From assembly GCA_020137815.1 (NCBI GenBank), contig CM035362.1, forward strand, positions 6,076,001 through 6,140,000: a DNA stretch of 64,000 bases, read 5' to 3'. Both the position numbers and the translations under genes were made by a program. Shown piece after piece: positions 53,935 to 64,000 of this stretch; position 1 is the stretch's first letter, and the number at the start of each line of letters is the position of its first letter. Source of the DNA: Hormiphora californensis (taxonomy: Eukaryota > Animalia > Ctenophora). The notes below the pieces were generated by a model. That model worked only from the letters and a program-made list of their open reading frames with translations. It did no database searches and was not told the origin of the DNA.

Positions 53935-56900
53935 AGGGTGACTGAGAGTTAGTCATGATAGGTATTTGATGATCTTATGATGGTTGAGAGTGAGTTAAGA
54001 GGATATAGATATTTAGGAATTCTTTGGGGGAGATTCGATATTATTTATTTGTTACTTTAGTTATGGAGAGATATTGGGCGGAAAGTATTTGGGCCAATAT
54101 TTTAGAAGAGTAGAAATATTGCATATAGCCACGTGACTTTATTGCTTAGAGAGAACTATCAAAACTGGGGCGATCGTACCGATCGCAAATCGAGGGGTCT
54201 GTTTTTCTCTCTGCCTGTCTGCTATATGCTATGTGATGTGATCCCCCTCTTTTTCTTCTTTCTCTTTCTCTCCCTTTTATACATGTGATGTGACCCCCAA
54301 GTGTCGCAAGCAGTTCTCAACACGTGATACGTGATACCTACGAATCACGTCGTCACACTGACGGATCATGTCTTCAACGCTGACGGATCACACTCGTCAC
54401 ATTGTCGATCACTCACGCTCGTCACATTGACGATAGGGTGTCACATTTCCGTGCAAATTTGCATTAGATATAGTTAGATGAGAAAGTGAGAGAGAATTGT
54501 TGTGTGAGATGAATGGTATAAATTCGGATTTTTTTTTTAATTTATAATATTTTTCCTCTCTTTCCCTTTTTCTTTCTTTGCATTAATTAGTATATTTTTT
54601 GTAATTTTGTATTTTTTTTTTATTACTTTTTTTTTGATAAGCTGTTAACGGATAAGTAATTACTATAACTACTTACCGCCCTTTGAATGATAGGTATGAT
54701 ACGTCTCCTTCTCTTCACAGCTGCATTATGGGCAACTGCTGCAGCTGTTCTTCCAGGTTAGTCAGTGACTACAGGGCCCACGAGACCGGGGGGGGGGGGC
54801 AGGGGGGGGCCCGGGCCCCCTCTGGGATTTACAATTTCTTTTAAATTCAGGGGGATTTTTGGGGCACCGTCGCCGCGCGCTTCCAAAATGGGCCTTGGCC
54901 CCCCCTGGAAATCATCCGTGTCACTAATAGTCTCATATTCAACTAGCGGGCCGCCCAGTAGGGTGACTCGCTAGTTCGCTACCATATGATTTGCTAGTTC
55001 GCTATACCATATACTGCCCCCTGAAAAGCAGGGAGGGTGGTTTATGGTATAGACCCGACCAAAGGGAGGGTTTGTACAATGATTTATTGATTATAAACTT
55101 TAGCGGCAAAAACAATCTTGCTTTTATAGCGGGCGGATCATATCCAAGGGGGGCGGGGAGTGGCAGGCCTCTTATTATATAATCTTCTTGATCCTGTTTC
55201 TCCTTCGTCCGCTGTATCTGTGTTTTCGACTGGAAGCTGTCAGCGTGGTGTGAGTATACCCTGGGACCTGGAGGCAACTCCTCCCAGATAAAGACGGACT
55301 CTCACTGGGCATGGTAGTGGATGCTGGGGTGAAATATACTGACTACCAGTGTACAGGTCAGCGTATAGTCAATTCCTTTTCATTTGTGGCGGAGTTCTTC
55401 TGGGGGGGGTGGGTGTCTCGGGGGCTCGGTGGGGGTCGGGTCGGATTCTCGGGGTCTTCTTCTCGGGGGCCGCCCGCTTTCCTGGGTTTTTCTCTTCTCT
55501 CCTTCAGCAGCGCCAGCCCCTCGGTTCCTCACGACACCATTTCCCTGGTCCCCGGCCAAGGGGGGCGGGGGGGTGGGGAGCCCGGGTTGGGGGGGTGTCA
55601 GGGGTGGGGGGGGGGGGGGAGTGGGGGGGGTGCGGCCGACGGGGGGGGTGGGGGGGTCTGGGGACGAGGTATGGGGCTCTGGGGGGGGGGGTGGGTGGCG
55701 GGGGCGTGGTGGCCCGCGGGGCGGGGGGGTGGGGCCGTGGCTGTGTGGGTGAGGGGTGGGAGGGTGGTGGGGCGGGCGGGGGGGGTGGGGGGGGTGTGTT
55801 GTGGGGGGGGGCGGGGCTCGGTGGGTGGTGGGGGCGGTTGCGGGGGGGAGGTGGTCGTTGGGTTTTGCGTTCTGGCTCTTTTCCTTTTGCGGGGCCTTCC
55901 CTGCGTGGGCCTGAGGGGGGCCGGGGCCTTTGGGCCGTCCTCTGCGGCGGTCTCTTGTTTAACAATGTGTGTGTTGCCTGGAAGGCTAACCTGTTCGCCT
56001 TATGTTCAATGGCCGTTGGTGGTTACCGACGAGCGTTTGGGTGGGGGGTGATGTGTGGAAGAAGAGTCTGGGGAGGTTTAATCGATTAGTTATTACAGGC
56101 CTGGCATCTTACTGTCGGGGGTCCTACATCGTCCTTTACTTTTCTACTTTAATTCCTGGGGGGAACCACTGTTTAGTGTAACTGTCAACACAGGAGCCAT
56201 GGGGTTGGATTTGGCTCACATGATTTTGGGTGTTACAGTCTACCGCGGGGCCGTATTTAACGTACCCGCCCTCGGGGGAAAGGGTTTTTGTTCCGTTAAT
56301 CGGTGTGTCCGTTAAATAATCGGGTAGAGCGTATTTGGCCCATAAACCCTATTTTTGTCCAAAAATGCGATACTAAACACTCTAAGGTGTTAATGGCAAG
56401 GGTTTGTCCAATTGATTTGGATTGGATTTATGATATCTACAAACGGAGGTTTAAATCAGGCAGCGGCAAAACCAAGCCTTACTGTTCATAGGCGGGGAGG
56501 CGGTCGGGGCGGGGGGCGGAATAATATTATCCCGCTGGAGGTTTCGTATTGCAGGGTCTTGACTATCACAAAGTATTGGTTGATGTGTTTCAGACCGTGG
56601 ACAGGGGCAGTAACAAGCGGGGTATGGGGGGGTGTGAGTGTAGAGGGGGCCTGTGACGGGCGGGTGGGAAGGGGGGGCAACGGGTTCCTTCTCGGGGGGG
56701 AGGGTAGTCAGAGGATAAAGTCGCGGTAAAACTGCGGTGCGCCCTTGAGTAGTGGTGGTCAGGGGATGGAGTCTATTTGAAATAGACTTGAATCAGCACT
56801 GGCAGGAGGGAGGGAGCAGCAGAGGATCGGGGGTGGGTATAGGGTGCGTCAGGGGGGGACTAAGAAGGGTGTCATTTGTGTCGACTATTCTGGGGGATCT

Positions 56901-59290
56901 GAGGTGCTTCTCCTCAGATGAAAGTATTTATAAAATAGCGCGATAAGAGCTGCGGAGGGGCAGAACGAGAGTCAGGAGGAGCAACCAGGAGACACACTAA
57001 ATCACGAGTGACAGGGGGGGGAAGAACACCAGGGCCGGTAATGGTAAATGGTTGGTGTAAGATTCTAGGAGGGCGGGAACAAAATCGGGCGCAGAACAAC
57101 AGGCCAGTGACGTACATGGGCGTATCAGTTGGCCTGCGACGGTTGTGGGGCGGAGATGTGTATAGAGAGGAGAGGGGTGTGCCTTGAGAACTCTCGGCTA
57201 CCTAGTGGCACAGGGGGGGGGGAGTACTAGACGAAAGGGTCAAACGCCGATTACAAACCATTGGTGGTGAGAAAATGTTGGAGGCACAAAAGACAAAGGT
57301 TAGGCGTATCGTAGATGACCCAAAAAAGGAGTCAAATGGCGCAAAGCGGTACAAGGCTCAAAGATTGATTACATACCGACATAGAGGTGTAAACGTTCGG
57401 GGCAACAGGGCCTGGGGGTGGAGGGATCAGAGTGAGGTATGTGTTGGTTGGTTGGGTGAAGAGAGCCCGACAGAGAGTGGTACCCCACCCACAACTTAGT
57501 TGGGTACGAACACCCGCGGTTTAGTTGCATCTACCATAGGTGATGGGGGGAAAGGGTGGCGAGAGTGAATAGGCGTAGGGTAATTGGTCGAATTCGCAAG
57601 CCTGATTGTATTATGATCTTATCGGAGGAAGTGGGATGACTTGAGAGGAGTAGGCAAAGGTAAGAGTTAGATATTATGATATATGATATGATGATATTAA
57701 GATAGTTGAAGAGGAGAGAGATTTAGATAGTAGATAGTATGATTGAGAAGAGTATGAGAGTGAGTTGAAGATATTGGGATATTATGATATTTATATGGGA
57801 TAGGATGATAGTATAGAGGAGGATAGATATAGGAGGAGAGGATGATATTATGATGTTGAGATATAGTATGATATTATGATATTAATGGTATGGTATGATA
57901 GGTTCTGATATATGATATTATGAGTATTATGGATATTAATATATTATTATATTTTGATATGTATGAATGCCGAATGGGTCTTTTAGACCGGCACGCAGAA
58001 TTGTGGGCGTTGAGACACGCGGGTGGAGGCGGGAGGTGGGGGAAAGGGTTCTTTGTCCACTAAATCGGGGTTTCCCAGAGAGGTGGTCGGGTGAGCCATA
58101 TTTGACCCAAAAGCTTGTTTTGATTATATTAGGTTAAAATTGCCCAAAAATGCTAATATTATAAGAATAAGACACCTTAACGTTAGATCAATATTCATGT
58201 AATTGATACATATCTTGTTCTTATTATGACAAATAACAAAATATTCTTTTCAAAAAAAATGTGAAAATTTTCTAAGTTTGATACCAGCCCCGTCCGGTTT
58301 GTATTTCGAATCGGTGCAACTTACTTACTACTGGATATCCTGTCTAATTAAGCGGGTTCACAACGAACCGATACGTGAATACCATACCGAATTTGGCACC
58401 CCGCCTAAGCGGGTGAGGAAGTATAAAAATTTCAAATAACTTTTTTCTCTCAAAATTTATGGGAGCACGATCAAAGCTTACAATCGTACTGTAAATTTTA
58501 GCAAAAAAGTTTAAAAAATTTTTCAAAAAGGTATACAGCCCGTCCGAATCGTGTTTCGAATCGGTGCATCTTATCGCATGTCCCGCTGGCTAATTGAGAC
58601 GGTTCGGAACGACTCGAAACGTGATCCCCATCGAATCGAAATTTTGACGCTTGGACCTTGGTGTAACTTGAACTGTGATTCGATGGGCAACCATGGGGAT
58701 CACGTATCGGTTCGTTTTCCGAACATCTAATTAGCAGAAGGACATGCGATAGAGGCACCGATTCGAACACATTCGGACGTGATAACTGAGCACCAATTTT
58801 GAGGGCAACAATGTGTAATTCTCTCCCGATCTCTGGGGCCCCGCTGCAATGAGCCGGTGCACACCTTGATCTTTCCTTTCGAGAGGGCACCAAGTGTCCT
58901 GCAGGTTTTCTGATGAAGGAGATCAACGCGCGGGGATTACTGCTGGAACTAGACTAGAGGTCATCATAGGGGGAAAAGACTATAACCCTCGATTGTGGGT
59001 AGCCAACCATAACCGGTTGTTGGGAAGTGCAACATTTGGAGTCTGGTCAGCAGGATGGATCGTGGTCAAATTGATGTACCCACAGTGCATTTTAGTAAGT
59101 GATTGTGTTGTGAAAAGTGGTGTTTACAATACCAGCAACATGGGAATTACGCCCCAATTTTTGTAAATAATATTTAAACCTGACACGGTGAGAGGGTCGG
59201 CTGCACGAAAAACCTAAGAACCGTCTTAACGTGTTATTAGCAGCTCGATGCGCCACCATGTATTCCTGATTGAACGACTGAATGATTGAT
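53935..59290 (+). pseudogene. Third copy of the tandem unit (upstream flank matches 36470-37210; exon 1 at 54696, exon 2 remnant about 55228-55311, Sushi remnant about 58890-59100) in low-quality sequence
   Basis: Recognisable homologous blocks in the same order; integrity cannot be judged. Confidence 0.55.
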
Positions 59291-62200
59291 TGGTTGAACT
59301 GTTGGGGGGTTGGTAAGTATATAGACCCCGCCGGCCTCAAATAGAACGCACGGCGCGCCTCCACCCAAATTTTTTTTGCCCTGGTCTATTGGCCGTGCAC
59401 ACAAACCACAGAATATGACTGACAATGTACTACTGACAACACACAGTCGTTAGTCTGCCATTTTACACTCATTTTACACTCAATTTAGATTTAGATAATG
59501 AGTCCAAATAAGTCTAAAATCTAGGAGGACTATTTATCTAAAAAGTCTACACAAGCGCGGACTCTTTAGGGTTAAAAAGTCTAAACAAAGTGGACTCTAT
59601 ATCTACCTCAACTAGATCCAAAAACCAAACAATTTTGGGGGGGGGTGGAAACCGGGCCGCAGAAATTTCAAAACATGCGAAAGTTTGATACATGAACTTT
59701 CGGGGCCCTGGGGTGCTGTTAAATTCGTGTTTCCATGATTAAAACCAGCAACATGTTTCAAACTATACCGCCAGGAAAACTAATCGCAATGATTGGCAAT
59801 TTATCATTATTTTTGATTCCCATTATCTACATCCACAGCTCACACATATCAGTATATAGACTGCACAGTGAGCCTTCCTATTTGTTGTCCATTCGTAGCT
59901 GTTTTGAAACAAAATCTAAAAATGTGTCCCCTAGGTATGTCTAGGAGTACACCTTTTACTGCAATTTGACGACTTCGAAAATTTTCGAAGAGTTTGAGTA
60001 GCGCTGCCGCAAGCGGCCGGAAATTATGCGAACGTTTGCGAAACGTTGCGAATGTCTGGCAATGATTCGCGATGACTTGCTAACTTTTTGCTATATCATG
60101 CGATTTTTTTTTGCGTTTTTAATGCGATTTTTTTGCGATTTGGGCGGAAGTAATCCGTATGAGGGGTTAGCATTCATTCGCATGATATCGCATGAGGTTT
60201 CGCAATGATATCCATTTAGTAGCAAACCTTGAATTCGTTTCGCATTCCTATCGCATTTATTAGCAAGTTCAGTGGCAAACAATCGCATTATGTCGCATTC
60301 TTCGCAGTTTTAAACTCCGCATTTATCGGCGGGGTGACTTCGTTGTGGGCGAATGCATCGGCAACACTTTTGCAGTGGAGCGCAACAGTCGCACACTTGT
60401 TAGAGTCCGGAGGTGGCGGCGAGCGTACGTGTGGGGAGCATTCGATGGCATAGGGGGGGGCAAGATGTTCTTTCGTAAGGTGGGATTCCTCGGGGGGGGG
60501 TGGGGGGCCCGTCTAGTGTATTGGGATGTCGTCAACATATTCTTGCGGGGGCACATTTTTTGAATATTCAAAGAATTTTTGAGTTATTGACAGCGAGGCG
60601 TTGTAGTATAAACCAAATGAGGCAGCCGAGTGTGGCGGAGCGGAGAGTCGAGCTGGTCCGTCTTCTCCAGGGGTCACGACAGGCGGTGGTGTACTGAAAG
60701 AGGGGCTGGGGAGGTCATCACCAATCGACACAGGTGGGGGGGGGCGTGTTGCAGGGGTCGTGTGGTTTTTGCGACGATCACATTGTTGTTTTTTGAAAGA
60801 ACGGCTGACTATCGTAGCCGTGATATGGTTACACCCGAGTGCGGTCATGTGACGGGGAAAAGAAAGAGAAAGAAAAAGAAAAAGGGAAACTGGGTGATCC
60901 ATCAGTGGGGTGGCGGGACGAGTTATACCGTCCGGTGACGAAACAGAGATGCGGGTTCTAGGAGATATAAGACGTATCACAGGGCGTGTTGAAACCCTGT
61001 GCTGCGAGCTTGGGGGTGTCACGTCACATGTGAAAAGGGATAAAAGTCAGAGAACAAGAGAGGGCTCAGAGGGCACGGCTAGCATATATCAGCAGGCGAC
61101 GAAAACTCGATATAACACCCCTCGGGGATTTGCGATCGTACGGATACGCCCAGTTATTAGGAGCCAGCCAGCACCGAAGTTATGGAATCAACTTTCGGGC
61201 CAAAGTTTTTTAAATTCTGCTGCCCCGGGGTAGGAAAGCACACCAAAACTTGGTTGGTTTTTGGATCTATATGATCCCGTGGAGGTGCAGTGTTTGAGTT
61301 ATACACTTGCTGATGGTTAATGAACGTGGATTGGGGATTCACGAGGGGGGGGACTGTTTGTTAAAAGTCGCAATAGCCAATCTCGGAGTATGCATTGCGA
61401 ATAAACGAATATGATATAATTGCGGACAACCAATCGGGATAACTGATCACGAATCGCGATAAAAAATTATCGGCGATTAGCTATCGCAATTAAGCGTCGC
61501 GTTTAGAGCCATATTGCGATTAGCTATCCGCGATTGTAACTATCATATTACCTCATTCGCGATGAATTGTCGTGGTTAGTTATCCGCGATTACTAGTATT
61601 TATTAGTTTCACGATGATCTCCGCGATTGGTTCTCTCTTCCCACGATTATTCTCTGATTTTGATTATTGGTTACGGATAACGCCACGGATAACATTGATA
61701 ATCAAATATATCTGATACACATCAGGTTCTAGATGCTAATTCGCTCTTTTCTCGGTTTTTTTAAGATCTCTTATATTAAGACAGGCCATAAATCTAGATA
61801 TGGGCTTCTAAATTATATCTGAAAAACGCAATTGACCTACAATGGCAAATGTATGTGATACAATCATGATTTATAGTTGATTGCGTCTTTCTAGGGATTT
61901 TTGAAAATCGTCTTAAATCTTAATACAAGTCAGATGCCCGTAAACTGAAGACCGTAACTCGGATTTGCATTGAATTTTGATCGTGTGTTTCAAGATTCGA
62001 TACAAATTACGTCCCAGCGGCGTATTCGTAGAACGACGGAAGGCTGGGGGGGGGTTTCTTATAACAAGAGGGAGGGGGGGAGCCGGAAAGACAACGGAAG
62101 GGTTACGGGGCACAGAATCATAGGGAACAATCCACATATTTGAAGTGATTAAACGTGACATGGCCGTGGAGGGGATTTTTCAGGATGGAGGGCCAAGGGG

Positions 62201-64000
62201 CTGGGGATAATAAGAAACAGGGGGGGGGAGGGGGGGAAAAAAAAATAGGTACAGGAAAGCGAGGGGGAACACCGACTAGGGGGGGCTATGGGAATACCGT
62301 ACTAGAGGCGGGGGCTGTCGGAGGGGTGGGGGGCACACCTCCCCCACCCTCTCTGCCCCTTCTGTGTGGTCTGGTGGTGGGGGGGTTGTGGGTGGTGGGT
62401 GGTGTTTTGTCTGGGGATGTGGTGGGGGGTTTGGTGTGGGGGGTTGGGTGTGGGTGAGGGGTGGGGGGTAAGGGTTGGGTTTTGTTGGGATGCCTGGGTG
62501 AGAAGGCTTATGGGGGGGGGGGGGGGGGGTGTGGGTGGGTGGGGTGCAGGTCGGGAAACGGGGGGGGGGGTTAGTAGGGTGAAAGCGATGATGTGTGGGG
62601 GGGGAGGGGGTGGGTGTGGGTCGGCGGAGGGTGCGGGGGGCATGGGTCGGGTGGGTGACGGGGGTGGGTTGTGGGTGGGGCGGGGGTTGGAAGTTGAGGT
62701 GGGTGTCAGGGGGGGGGGGGGGTGGGGGGGGGTGGGTGTGGCGGTGGGGTGGGGACCGGGTGGGTGGGTGTGTGCGGTGGGGGGGGGTGTGGGGGGGGGG
62801 GGTCAGCGAGAAACGGGGGGGGAGGGGTCTTTCCAAGAGGGGAGCTTTGGGGTTATATTCCATGGGGGTTAGTGGGGGCTTTTTGTACCGCACTTGTACT
62901 TTGTTTGAAAGAAGTAGTCATGGAAGAAGAGAGAACAGGAGGTCAGAGTGAGTGGCGGAAAAACGAAAACACTGCGCAGTGTAAAAAGAAAATGGTGAAA
63001 AAGTTAACGCTGTATGTAGTACCTGTGGGGTTCAACAGTGGGGGGGTGAGGAGGATAGGGGTCACGGCGGCAGGAAAACACAGAGAGGAGACACTGAAGG
63101 CGCCAAAAAACGATGCAAAACGTATTCAAAACCTGTAAGGGTGAGCATGTCGGATACGAATGTGTGAGAAACACGGGTGTTTGGGAAAAAAATATAAGAA
63201 CAGCGGAAGGGGGGGGGACACGGCGAAAGGCAAAACTAAAGGTAATAGAAAGGCAATAAGAGAGCAGAGAGGGAACGAAAGTGCGGGTGGAGGGGGGGGG
63301 AAAAGGGGGAAAACAACAAGATGTCCATGGTGTAGAGATGTAGCCACATCTTGTGTAGAGTCGATGGGGGTTCTGAACGCAGTACCAAGGCGAGGTGGCC
63401 AGGGGGGGACAGCGAATTAATGTAAAGGAAAAAGCGCAGAGGGGGAACAATTCGCGGGGGAAAAAGAGGAGCGTTTTAGACGGGTCGGGGGGGGAGAAAG
63501 AGGAACCACAAAAATTAACAAAAAAAAAACAAAAGGAACTGGAGGAATATGGCCGAGATCCAAGTTAACCATATCGGGGGTCGTAAAAAAAGGAGGAAAG
63601 GAGAGAAAAAAAGGGGGGGGAGGGAGGAAATGAGTAAAAAGGGGAGGGAAAAAAAAAAAAACGAGAAAAAACAAAAAGAGGGGGGAGGGCGGGAAAGAAG
63701 GGAAGAAGGGGAGAAAGAAGGGGGAAAAAAGAAAAAGACAAGAAAAAAGAATGAACAAGAAACGAAGCAGCCCGTATATGAATGGACTGGGGCTTTTGAC
63801 AAACTTCTGATGTTGACAAGATCGTCCAAAGTGTCAGTGTCGGCCTTGAAAAAAAACAGATGTTTCTATCTTTGTGTAGGTGTATCATAACTTAATAGAA
63901 GTCTTATAAACTAAAACAAACATGCTGAGAGTTGACTAAAAAGGGCCTATAATACTGGCTTTGAAGTGATAGCACTTGACGAGATTGGGTGCCCAATTAG
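54530..64000. other. Probable low-quality consensus region
   Basis: Indel-riddled versions of upstream sequence interleaved with irregular G-homopolymer, GAT-rich and A/G-rich tracts. Confidence 0.7.

Noticed and set aside
55311-63890. Gly-rich and Pro-rich ORFs and G-quadruplex-like tracts
   Set aside because: Irregular G-homopolymer tracts interrupt otherwise homologous sequence; most likely sequencing artefact until confirmed by accurate reads.

Overview
Intron-rich animal genomic DNA, probably from a ctenophore. That assignment is inferred from recognising the dispersed 'KQPIRTRYLGHVTGYQPIRDQY' repeat and the 'PWDLEATPLQIKTDS' domain family; it was not verified by search. Genes reconstructed exon by exon: HYI (5' part, minus), IFT81 (14 exons, minus), a secreted stand-alone transcobalamin beta-domain (DUF4430-like) gene (plus), a tight head-to-tail minus-strand trio (unknown 115-aa ORF, RPL11, RPL9), TMCO3 (plus), and three tandem copies of a secreted 'WDLEATPL'-domain + Sushi gene. 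Mobile DNA is dense: a 5'-truncated CR1/L2-type LINE, an ORF1-only LINE derivative, an intact intron-containing MULE transposase, an LTR element with a tRNA-Arg-like PBS, and many MITE/foldback elements. Most interesting signals: (1) an operon-like ORF-RPL11-RPL9 unit with orphan splice acceptors and a shared 13-nt 3' motif; (2) tandem arrays built from splice sites, including about 23 back-to-back complete mini-introns; (3) duplicated copies of coding ends that differ from the real exon only at synonymous sites (10 of 10). About 29.3-30.9 kb, 46.2-50.0 kb and 54.5-64 kb look like low-quality consensus and should not be interpreted biologically.
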